From: Klebsormidium nitens
Lineage: Eukaryota; Plantae; Klebsormidiophyceae
DNA length: 64,000 nt
Direction: 5' to 3'
NCBI GenBank assembly: GCA_000708835.1
Contig: DF237001.1
Span: 186,001 to 250,000, forward strand
The notes beneath the pieces were generated by a model that saw only the letters and a list, made by a program, of their open reading frames with translations, did no database searches and was not told the origin of the DNA. The position numbers were made by a program, and so were the translations under genes. The number at the start of each line of letters is the position of its first letter. Position 1 is the first letter of the stretch. Of this stretch, positions 25,870 through 38,300 are shown one piece after another.

Positions 25870-26399
25870 TAGTAAGAGGGGCAAGTCAGCATCAACCATT
25901 CAGGTGTAAAACTGACCCGTTCTCCGGTCGGTCATGACTCTAAAAGACCGGGTGAACTGAACCGGCTTTCTTTTGGCTGCGCAAGTCCTGTGGGGTTAGC
26001 CTACAGAGTATTGTACGACGTAGATCTGAACCTCGGTTGGACCGCAGAGTGACCGGTACGCAGCTGGCCTTCTCCCGGCTGGCAATTACCACCATATTTT
26101 TATGGAACAAGCTTTGGCTCTGCAAAATCACAGCTCTGAGTCGTGACTCTGACTCTGAGTCTGACAGGTCTGCATTCGAAGCGGGCCCTGGCATGAACAG
26201 GACGAATGCACTCAGTGCAAGCAAAGAAACCCTTCTGAGCTGGTTGGGAAGCTTGCACGATGCGCCCGATGGACGTGATGGCGTCTGATTGACTGCAGAT
26301 TGAGCAGATTAGAGAATTAGGGTTGAAGGAGTGTCATGCTGCTTTTGCATACTCGCTATTTTCCCTCCAGTTTTTGTCCAAATAAGCAGCAGACGAATC

Positions 26400-29300
26400 A
26401 TGGAACAGCAGCAGCCCAGAGGAGCTGCATTTCCGTTCACAGTGATTGATGCAGACAGTGGGGCAAGCACAGGAGCTGAAGCAGCTCCCAGATTTGATGA
26501 GAGGCAAGCAGCTATGGCAAGTCTGCAAAGTGGGATTCCGGAGGTGGTGGTTGCAGCAGCAAGTGATCTTCAATCTAGAACTGAGAGCGAAGGCAGTGTC
26601 GTTCACCTGTCTGGAACTGGGACGGGTGGAGCTGCCAACGTGGTCGCAGCCAAGGATAGGGCGGCCGCGCTGAAGGAGAAGGCAGAGGTGCTGAAAGCAA
26701 AGGCGCGCAAGCTGAAGGAAGACGCAGAGGAGAAGCAGAGAGCAGCTGAAAGAGCGCGGCTTGCGATTCTGAGAAAGGCGCGGGAGAAGGAAGAAAAGGA
26801 GGAGAGGGAAAGAGAGCGAGCGAGGGAGCGGGAAAGGGAATTGGACCAGGAGAGAGAACAGGAGATGGAGAGGGAGAAAGAGATGCAGAAAGAGAGGGAG
26901 AGGGAGAGGGAACTTGAAAGCGCAAGAGAGAAAGAGCAGGAGGCAGAGGAGGAAAAAGAACGGGAAAGAGAACGGGAAAGGGAGCAGGAAAGAGAGGTGG
27001 ATAGAGAGTGGGAGAGAGGAGCTGAGAACGGGGTGGACACTGTAATGCAGGATGCCAAAGCAGAGCAATCAGGCTCCTTGGTGGATCACGAGCACGGCAG
27101 CTCAGCAGACGCAGCTCCCTTGGATGGCGCAGTGGAGGCGCTGGTGGTTGCCAGCATGTCTCTTGGCACGCCGCGCATTCCGCTGCTGCGGAGGGGCAGC
27201 CTTGGGAGCGGGGAGTTCAGCAGGTTCAGGAAATCAGAATCCTTTCCAGAGATTGCGAATGGGGATCACGAGATGATGGATGCTGCGGTCAGCTTGTCTC
27301 CACTGGGGCGGATGGGGAGGCTCAAGGTGCAGATTCCTGACCGGCTTCTAGAGCTGCAGATGGAAGACCTTCCGGAATTCCCAGGTGGATTTGGCGAGAA
27401 AGCATCCCCTGCAGAGGACGCGGCAGCTGCGGCCATGCTTGAGATCAGCATGACACCAACCTCGGAGCTGCACGCAGGATTCAGAGACACTCCAGCTCAA
27501 GGTGTCAACGTGGGGAGCGGTGGGGCTTCAACAGCAGAGGTAACAGAAGGCCGGACGAAGAGGAAGCGGAAGCGCAACCGCATGTACTTTGATGACGACG
27601 TGGCGGTGGGTTGGCATGATTTGGACACGCCAAGGGTGGCGTCGGAGGGCGAGAAGAAGAGCGACAGCCTCCCAAAGCCGAAGAAGAAGCTCAAGATCAC
27701 GTTCAAGGGTCCGGCAGCTCTAGCTCAGAAGGACCCGCACTCAGGCAAGAACATTAGAAAGCTGAAGAGCCTCAAGCTGATCAAAGCGAAGGCAAGCAAA
27801 GCGGCCGCCGCGCCCCCGAAAGTCAAGACACCGGTTGCGAGAACGCCGCTTCCGAAATCTCCCCTGGAGCTCAAGTCGCCAGAGAGCCCGGAGGACGCGC
27901 AGTGCCCCGTATGCCAGGCGCTCCGCCGGTTCGACTGCGGCGCTGAGTCAGCACACCCGCGCTGCATCAAGGCAGCCGGCGCAGACAACGCCGCCGTTCA
28001 GGGGGGGCCCAACGCCAAGGCTGCGGCAGTTGTCCTCATGGCCGCTTTGAATTCGAGGAAAGACGCCTCCTTTGAGCCCTGGGCCGGAACTGGGGAGGAG
28101 CAACTAGAACGGGTGCCGGTTTGGGAGCCGGTCACTGGAAAACGGTTGGTCGGTGAGGACGGCCCCCGCTTGCGGAACCTGGCAAGCTGGCTGCTCCTCA
28201 ATCCTGGCTGGGAGGTCCTTCCCCGGGGAGAGTTGGAGAAACCACCACCCCCGGCAGAACCAGAGCCCATCCCGACCCCTGCCCCCCCTGCTGAGATAGC
28301 AGTGGTTCCTACCCCCCTGGAGGAGTTGAAACAGTGGCGGGGGGTTCAGGCAGAGCTCGCGTTGCTCCTCCAAGCATGGTCGTCGTTGCGGGGACGGGCA
28401 GACGCGGGCTGCTTCGGGAGTTCGCAGGAGGCAGTGGCGGCATGCCGATTCCTGGACCCTGTGAGTCTTGCGCCTGTTCAGTCTTCTGCCTTTGACAGGT
28501 CGTTGGATCGGTCAAAATGGCAGAACACTGCCTGCTTTTGCAGCGGTTAAACAGATGATGCTTCTGTGCAATTTATGAAGGACTTGTCGTCTTTCACGGA
28601 TGCCTTCTGCTTCAGCTTATTCAGCGGTGTTACTCGAAATTCGTTAAGCAGGTTAGAACAGATGCAGACTCACACTCTTCGCCCTTCCGCTGTGATTCGC
28701 AATACTGAGGCTACAGGACTAGATCGGCGTGGAGGACGGAGCCCACAAACCCCGCTGAGCTTCGCATCTTGATCTCGGGTTAAGATTCACACAGACTGAT
28801 TGATTGTCCACTCGGTTGTAGGACTTTGGCCCGCTCTGCGACCTCTTAGGCGAGGAGCGGTACGCCGACTTGGAGACCCTCCTGGCGGACTTCTCCCGAG
28901 CTTGCAACGCAGCAGCCGTGGTCCGCATCAACGACCTGAAAAAGTGAGCCCGCACAGTGCGACTGTCCCTGCGCGTTCTTGGTTCCTGGCGCACTTATGG
29001 CAGATTCACCTCTAAAATGTTCGAGCTGGAAACAGCTACAAACACGTTCTTGACAGAAGAAAGGTTCCCAGGGCTTTTCTCTCGCATTCCCACAATCGAC
29101 GCTCATAGAAGCCGTCGGCTTTAGTAGCTGCCTGCTATCGACGTTAGCAGCCCGTCTCCAGCTCGAAATGTGACGGGGGCCGCCGCCCCTGTTAGCCCCT
29201 CTGTGCTGAGTAAGGCTTTGCTGTGCTTTCATTATCAGCACGGTGCACCAGCGGCCTTTCCTAATGGCGCTCTGCTTCGTCCTCTCCTCCATTCTCGCTT

Positions 29301-32300
29301 TTCAGATCACACTTTCCTCCTCTCCGCCAAGGGCGTTTAGTCGAGGGCTGGAACGTCTAAGCTGCTCTCTTGTGTTTTGCAGGGGCTGCTATGCGCCGTC
29401 CAGCCTGCACACCAGCCCGGCGCGTTTTGTGGGCGCCGCCGAGATCCTGATTCGGCACGGCTCTGCGGACCTTCGAAGTATAGCGGACGGGGTGAACAGC
29501 GGCCGGGTGCTCAGAGACGGGGCAATGGTGATGCGCAGTGCATACACAAACAAAGAGCCGATGACAGCTGGCCCCTGGCGGCGAGAACCGTGGCCCCGCA
29601 GGTGAGAGAAACAAACACTTCCTGCGTTACTCTGTGGCGGACTTCATTCCAGAACGATACTACGAGTTACACCCGAAACTTCAAAGTGGCGAGCGCGTGT
29701 CGTTGTTATCTCTGGTTCAGGAGCATGCACGATGTTGAATCGCAAGCTGGACACTGAGGCTTGTCAAGCTCATTCTGGAACTCCTATCAGACGCTTTCGA
29801 CACTGGGATGTTTGAAACAAATTTGCAGCGTTTTGCTAAGTAGGGCCAACTTTGCCTCCTTCGTCACTTGCTGACGCCGTGCGTCTTTCTTTAACTCGTG
29901 CAGCACAATTCCGGCTCTGATCGACACGAGAACGGATCAGCCGAGCGGAGGGGCGGAAGCAGGCGGGCTCGGGCCATCTTTGGCAAGTACCTTATCCCTC
30001 ACCCGTGCCTTATTATTCAGATATTGTCCGTGCATCATCATCAAGTTAATGGGATGCGGTTTTCTGTCCTCTTTTGTCCAGGTTATGCATCGCAATCGAA
30101 GTCCTTCTAGGATTGCGTGTCTTGATGGCTTCTCTCTAACACGAAAGAAGAGGAGAGATTGAGGATTTCAAGATGGAAAAGTCAAGGATTATTCTTCCCT
30201 TTTTCCCTGTAGAGTCGAAAATAGCCTGCTTTGACCTTGCTGATGTGCCCTTCGGTGCCAGATCCGAAACCAACTTGCCATTCCATACGAGCATCATTTC
30301 GCTCGTATGTTTCAAGAAGCAGTTGGTGTACTTATCAGGTGTAGAAGGAAAGCCCTGCCCTATAGATTCAAAACCCTTTACGTTCTTTTAGTCAAGTCTT
30401 GCAAGGGAGAATGGGCGGAATCCGGTAAAATCTGCTTCGGAAAATGGTTTGACTAATGCCATCAAGGCGACTCTAGATACGACTTTGGCCGCAAAAACAA
30501 GTAGTTGATGCTTGGGTCTTGTATACAACTCTTGGAAGTCTTTCCCTGGTTGAAACGTCAAGGGATGCAATCCTTCTTGATGTGGTCAGCGGAGTCATCG
30601 AACCTCTTCTCCCTGCGCCCTGTGCAGGCCTTCGACGTCGACGTGGGTGCGGTCGACGGGTGGGGCGTAGACCCGTTCACCCGGCGCGGCATCTTAGACG
30701 CTCTGCCCAAGGACGCCGCGCGCGAGGGAGGGGGCGTCAAGAGCCGGGCCAAGACCGTCGGGGACTTCGTCACCCAAAAGCTGCTCCCGGCGCTCAACGA
30801 CCGGGTGAGGTGTTACTAGAAAATCTTCAATGTTCTGCTGATCGACTTCCCTTTAACAGCAGAGCCAGCAATGCGAGGCCTTCCTTATGCTGGATCTTAT
30901 CACGGTTCGAGCGAAGCGATATGTCTGGAGGGGTCCACGAGATGGCGTTCCGCTTTTTGTCGGTCGATCAGAGGACGTGGAGAAGAAGCGGCACATCGTA
31001 GCTTGACGATGATGATACGTCCTTGGGCCTGCTCAACGAGCGACGGGCGCATCTGAAGTGACATGTTCTCGTCGCTTGTCCGTAGCTCACCTCGAGTCCG
31101 TTCTCTACTTTCTGCCAAACACCCTATGGTCTGGTCAGAGCTAGCTGTTATGCTGCCGCTCCAACGCGCACCAGAAATTGCTAGGTTTTACATCAATACT
31201 TCAATCACCCGCCTTAAAGCGTACGCGGTTCTGCGTTCCTGGATGAGTTCGAGTAGTGGCGACCTTGCCTTCTGACTCCACTCTCACCTCATAGCAGCCC
31301 CATCCTGACGCACACTGCCCTGTTTCGGCAGGGTCCCCAAGGGTGGGACATTTTCGAGTCGCTCAAGGCGCTGGGCCTTGCGGCGGGGCGCAGCCGGGAC
31401 GCTTCCCTGGTGGAGGCAGTCACGGAGCTCGCGCACAAGATGATGGAAACGGGGCCGCTGTGGTTTAGAGTGCACCCCAAGGTGAGCCGACGTGCGCGGG
31501 TGCGGGAATGAGGTTTGGGAGCGCTCCTCTAAGGTTAAGGCGTCGTTGTCAATGTATGGGTGCGGGCGTTGGGAGCGGCATCGAGCTGGAGAAATGTGTT
31601 TGACAGCGAGCGAGGGTACTGCTTATAGCCATAACTATGGTGAAAGCAGCTCGATACATGCAGCGATATAACTTTATCTAAAAATGTTGGTGCCCAAATT
31701 AGCCGCCAGGGTTGCCCATCCCCTTGTCGTCCAGCCGTGATCTGAGGAACGGAAAGGTCGCGGGACACATGCGACTTGAGACTTTCCCGTTCCTCTACAC
31801 CAGATGCATTTCACTCCTTTCAGAACCTCAAAAGCAAAAGTTGCAAAGCAATGACTTTCATTGAATCTAGCTTCATTTTCGCCTCACTCATGCCAAAAGC
31901 ATTCTTCCTTTTAAGTCTGAACCGCATACGCTTTGGCTCCGTCAGGTCTTGCTAAACAGTGTATAAGCTCGCTCGTATCGCTCGTATCCGATTTTTGTAT
32001 CGCGTGTTCCGCAGGGCACGTCCCTCGTTTGCCAGCGGGCAGGGGGACTCGATGCCGGCACTTGCGTGGCCTCGTATCCCCCAAGCACAATTCTAAGACC
32101 ATATCAATGGTAAGTGGTGACGAGTTTCTTCAGATTCGTGACGATGATTGAACTCAAGTGAGTGTCACGTGCGATTGCAGAAGGATTTGAGTGATTTGAA
32201 CAGATCTTGACAGAGACACAGCTGGACAGGAGCGTCAGCCTGCTGTGCTCCCACAAGCACGATCAGCACGTGTATTGCAGACTCCTGGAAGAATACATGG

Positions 32301-35300
32301 GTAACTAAATAGAAGGAGGCCTACACAGTAGTCATACCGTCCTCAAGAGGCCTGAAAAAAGCAGAGGTCCGCAGTTGCTCGTGGAATTTGACACAAGAAT
32401 GACTTAGGAGTTCGGTTTGCATCTGTACAGGTTCGAGTTGCAGGAGGGGCTACGGAAGCAGTCCAAAGAGGCTGAGTTGAAACCTCCGAACCGGGTGGAC
32501 TTTCTGCTCGTGGAGCAAGCGGCGACGAGCAAGGAAGGCTACGAGGTCTTCTTCGTGGACGTTCGGAACAGGGTGAGTCGCTGGGCTGAGACTGGCTATC
32601 AGCCTTCACACACGTTCGATGCGGAGCCGTGTCTAGAGCAAATTTCCAGCGTTCGCTTCGACTGGATTAGGTCCCCGGTTTCTCCCAGGCGGATGGCGGA
32701 GCAACCTCGGAAGAAGACGATATATGGGGAATGAGGAAATGCCGGGGTGTTTGGCTGCGTCGTCCTTTTATCCATCTTTCTCAAGGAAGATATACGTCAA
32801 GCCAAGATACTAAGCCTTCGCTCTCTTTACCGATTTCAGAATGCTACAAGCCAAACCCAGTGGAGTACCCGTGCTCCACCCCCCGGACCCACTCCGAACC
32901 CCAAAGTAATTCTGCAACGTCCATTACGGGGTTCTCAGTGCCACGTTAGCTTACTGTTCTTTCTCTTTGATCGTTCTTTCATCCCGTGTGTTGCAGGAGG
33001 GCGCGCCGCCCACCCAGCTGCTCCACTCATGTCAGGCAACGTGTCAGCCCGTCATTCGGCGCGTGCAGGGGCGCCCGACTGTCGACATTCAGACCGCTCA
33101 GAGGGTGGAGCAAGGCCAGGAGCTGACGCTCAATTACACGTGCTACACGGACTCCGACGACGACGTCACGCGGAACGTAAGCGCCCAAAAGGAGACGTTA
33201 CCAGCAACTACTTCAGGACTGGCTCGTGCATCGAAAGAAGTAACTGGCAGCGCGGCTGCGAATAGGAGATAGTGGTCGTTTTCCGTCGGTCAAAAAATAC
33301 ATGTTTCGTATGAGTGACTCTCTCGGGCCCCGGTATGACCAAGTTGCCGCCCCGTTTCCATGCGGATCTGAATGTACAGTTACACGTTGGAGCTTATTGT
33401 TTGTGGAGAAGTATACTGTCACAATACCCATGGCACTACAATTTTGAAGAAGCGGAGCAAGTAGCAGCGGACTACAGAAGCAGCCAATCCAACGGCGTAA
33501 GCGATCCGAGGCCCTGTTTGGTGCAGGTGTGCTTGTGCGGCATGCCTGCTTGCCGGGGCTCGTGTTTCGTGCACCTGGGACGAGGCCCCGCCACCGCTGT
33601 CCTCAACGAAACGCACTCGTTGCCCGACCGGCTCGCGGTGCTGCTTCGAGCGGTAGGTTATGTGACGAAAAGGAGATATTGGCGAATGTGACTGACGTCA
33701 CGTTTCCAAGCAGGCGTTGGTTTATGTTCGAGGCTCTCTGTCGAGGAGTCTCAGTTGTGACTAATTGGCTTAGGCGCCTGGCAGTCACCGCGCACCCTTT
33801 TGGGTGACGTGTCTGACAATCTCTGGTTATAGCGCTGGCTCCCTGACACTAGTCAGAATATGGCGAGCTGCAATGCTGTGGCCAATTGAGTTGGTGCACC
33901 TTTGTCCTGATTCTGGGCAGAGAGCGTGTAGCATTTCGATCAGGATTGCTCGACGAAGTCAAGATGCGCGGAAGCACCTCACAGTGACACGTAGAATGTT
34001 TCTAAACGGTTCAGTGATGCCAAAAATCAGAACCGCTCGCTTACGTCAGCATGACGTCACTTTCTGCAGAGCTCTGAGGACCTGACGGCGGCGGAAGAGG
34101 AGTTGATAGTCGGCCACGGCTTTGGGCCAATGCTGCCGGACAAAGGGGACGGTCACGCACCGGCGTGGCTCCGAAAGGTGCGCTCGATCACTTGCAGACT
34201 CTTCTTTACCACCTAGTGTTCTTTTCGTTCACCACCTTTCGAAGCTGGTAAAAGGAGCCGCGCATCTCCGATGGCATGTTAAGCCAATCCAGTTCCCGAC
34301 CGCAATCTGTTAGTATGGAGGGAAGGAGAACGGGGCCTCCCGGATGGTCAGTTTTGAGGACTCCTCGGCTATAAACTTGCACATTGACGATCTAGAGAGC
34401 TCTTCCTGTCAAAGTCAACCGTCGATCCCCTGGGGGTCATAGTCAAAGGGGACCTTACGAGGGTTGGCCGGGAGTCCACGTCCTCCCTATGTCCGTGCTG
34501 AAATGCTTCGGGAGTGCACAGGGGCCCATGACAGGCAGACACGGACCCACCTTCAAGCATAGATCACCTAAGCATACAAAGAAGACTTCAGCTTTCGAAA
34601 GAATATCAGTCATTCTGTCGTAGACCTTGGATTTAGGCATGCCGCAGCCGATGATCCATGTCAGCGATCCCTTCCGCGTAGACAGACAACGTCCTCTTTC
34701 TGAAGCTGTCACACGATTTATTGTCTTCCGGTCCCGTGTTTGACCGCTGCTTGTGTGGGCTTCGCCAGTGGGCGGCGCTCGCGCTGGGCTACATCGAGCG
34801 CGAGCAGGAGCTGGTGGCGCGCGCGTTGCAGGGCCCGGAGCACGGCTACAGCAAAAGCGTGGCCGCCGCGGAAGCGAAGCACCTCCTGCCGCTGCGCCTG
34901 CAGGTACGGCCGCAAAGACAGTTCGTCTACGACCGACGCTGAGAAGCTTGCTTCTGCAGGGAGTGTTTCGAGTCTGGCGGCTGATTTTGGCACCATTTCG
35001 GCCTGAAGATTGAGTGGGAAGCGCAGTCTTTGAGTGAGAACGTGACAAAACTTCGATGAGTTCAGGCTGTACTCTTGCAACGAGGCTGTCCAATCGGAAT
35101 ACTGGTATTAAAGTGCTCAAAGGCCGCCATTCCGAGCCCAAAAGATCTAATCTACGTATTTGAGGCTCTCAAGAAGGTATAGCAAGCGCTATTGTGAGCA
35201 CAGTGTAGAGTTTCGGTGTAACTGGTCAATTACACCCATTGCTGGCCAGGTTGGCAACTGTGCAAGCAACCCGCCCGCTGATGAGACCCCCAACCTCTTT

Positions 35301-38300
35301 GCGAGCGCCCTGCTCGTCGGACCGGCTCTCGTATCACAAATGTCGCGCGTCTCCAAAACCGGACCCAAATAAACCAACTGCTTGCCCTCCTTCCCCCAGC
35401 ACCTGTACATCACGTTGGACCGCGTCCAGCACTGCCTGGCGGGCCAGCCGCCGGACGTCCGCGAGCGGCCCCCCCTGCGCGCGCTCAACGCGGGCGAGGT
35501 GTGCGAGTACCTGTGGACGGGCCGCCGCTCCGTGGGGCGCTGCCTCGTCGGCCGGCTGGCCCCGGTGCTCTGCCCCGACTGCACCGCACGGGGCAAGGAG
35601 AGGCTCAAGGTATGGGCGGGGCGTGGTTGGGACTCGTTTGCTCTTCTCACGGGGCACTTCGGTGATGCGCCATCTGAGCGGAAGGACGGGCGGTGTGGGG
35701 GCGGAGGTTTTCGGAGAGCTGATTCGCAGGACTCTTGTGCTGTCGCGTCTATTGTGCTATTTAGGATGCTAACATTACGGCTCGTGCACGTAGAGACTGT
35801 TTTGTAGATGTTAGACTAGGAGATGTTGATTCGTCAGTCTTTCCACTTTCTTGTTCCCCTTGGTTGACGTTTTTCGCATTGAAACCCGCTCGAGGAGCCT
35901 CGCAGAAGCAAAAGGTAGTGTCGAGAGAGTGTACACTGTTGTGACGTCATCAGTCTTGCGCTTGCAGCTGATCCAGCACCCCACTCCGGGCTGTGCCGCG
36001 CTCCACCGCGCCTTGCGGACGCCCTCCACGTCGACAGGGGAGTCCCCCGCTGATGTCATCAAGGCAGCACTGAACCAGCTAGCAGCTGATGTGAGTTGCA
36101 CTTCAGCAGCACCATCCGCCATAGTAAAAAGGTCACTTTTTCAAGAATAGAAGTGCAACGTCACCCGTCACTTACGTCACATACACGTCACAAAGATGCA
36201 CTCGTCACATATGTCACACACCCGCACACGTCACTCTTATTTCCCCGTCCCTCGCGTCACACCACCAAACACGTCTCGATGCAACGTCACACACGCATCG
36301 AAAAACCGTACGTCACATACTTCACAAGTCACATCAATGTACCAAAATTCCGAGCTGAAGATCTTGCGTGAGAATCTTTGATAGCGCGCTTTAGATGGAA
36401 AGGACACCTTGAAGCCGCTCGGAGTTTCGTAGTGGCAGTCAGGCGGGTACTAAGATTGAGGTATCATTCCTGAGTACGTGACTTCCCTGATCTCTGTTTC
36501 TAATCATCAGCACCGTCAGCACCGATCCAAAAGGTCCTCCTTTGCGCACCAAATTGCGACGTCACAGGTCACACAGGTCACAGGTCAAACACGTCACATA
36601 CACGTCACATATACGTCACACACGTCACACGTCACTCAGGCCATACACATTTCAAAGCGACGTCATACACACGTCCTACACTCGTACGTCAACACATCAA
36701 ATGTTGCATTTCACGTGTATTTAAATTTGAGACCCCGAGCTTAAGATCTTGCGTGAGGATTGTAAATTTGCGCCGTTTACGGAAAGGACATCGTGGAGCC
36801 ACTCGGGAGTCACGTCGCCGACAGTCAGGCGGGTACCCGGGATCAGACATCAATTTTGGATTTCTTTGAGATACATTAAGATTATTTATCGCTGAAATCA
36901 CACCAATATTGCAGGGATCAGTTCAACCGCGCTTTCTATCTAATTGCTTCGGTGAGAAGGATGGATGTTTTTGGGTAGATGGAACTATCAGTCAGTCTAA
37001 CTTAACGTACTTACTACTGACTACGGTCCGTCTGGACTGATTGCCCACTGTGTTTGCGCCTTCCGTCTCAAATTGGCTCTCATAGGGTACTGAAAATGCT
37101 TGACGTCTTGGCTTGCACTTCTCCTATCTTCAGATCAGCGCCTTCGAGTCGGACGTATGCGTCGCCGCGCGCGATCTGCTCCGCTTCTTGACAAGGTAAG
37201 CTTGCACTTTCGGCGGTGCTATGACGCTCCTTTTCCACGCCCTTGACCGCCTGTGTCAAGCTGGCAAGCTCCAACAGTATTGCACGCCTCTCGCATTTCG
37301 TCCCTCTTCTTTTGGACGGCGGTTCCACAGCACAATGTAAGTCTGGTAATTGGCAAAGGCCCTGCATTCAGACGCTAAGGGGCCTTTTGCAGCATGCGAA
37401 AGATTCAGAAACCTCGACGCTGGGCCACTGTCTGGATGATTGGGATTATTGAGAAGACGGTAGTCGTGCTTAGATCCCAAAGCGACGGGGATCGCGACTT
37501 TGTGCAGGTGGAGAATGCGGTAGCTTGGCGGGTTGCTACCGGATCCTCCACCGTACTTTCACGCGCCTTGGCTTCGGCACTAGGACGACCCCCAGCCTAT
37601 TCTTACTGGGGGGAAGCGTCCGTTGTGTCCATTTTACTTGCCCAATCCAAGCGCCTATTGCCGGGGATATCGTGCAGCCCGCTCTCTAAAACTCTGAACT
37701 TACTCCCCCCTGCAGCACCGAGACCTTCATCCAAGCGCACCGCTACGATCCCGTCACCTCTGCCCCCGTCAGCATCCCCGTAGGTGACGTCAGCGGCGCA
37801 CCCCTCTCGCAAGCTGGCCCAATTCCCCAATTGCCGCAACCAGAGGCCTCGGGACGGCTTACTGGATCGGAACTACGGCAGTCGGAGCAGGGGGACAGTG
37901 TTCTTTCGGAAGGTGCCCCGCTTAGCACTGCGGCACAAAACGCTGAGCCATTTTCTAGCATTTCGAAACCCTCGGTTTCCGCTGCGGCTTCTCGCCATCC
38001 AGACAGGGACGCAACCAACCGGGATGCACCGGAAAGCGGGCTACCCGGGACTCGGGAAGGAAACGGGGCGACGATGCGGGCGCAGGATTTTGCGGGGGTG
38101 GCGGCTCGAAGCCGCGTGTCAGATGAGCTTAGAAAGAAAACGGCTGGAGCTTCGAGTAGCGACGGGGTAGACTCGGAAGAAGCCCACACGGGTCCGTCGA
38201 CGGGGCGAGAAAGTGCGCACGTGGCAGCAGGAGCGTCGGCGGACGGCGCGGCCCGGCCCTGTGTGGTATCCTTCACCAAAACGTACCCCGGGGAATACAT

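Noticed and set aside
26334-27068. Long hydrophobic or Ser-rich minus-strand ORFs
   Set aside because: Antisense shadows of the GA-rich ER repeat in the SET-gene exon.
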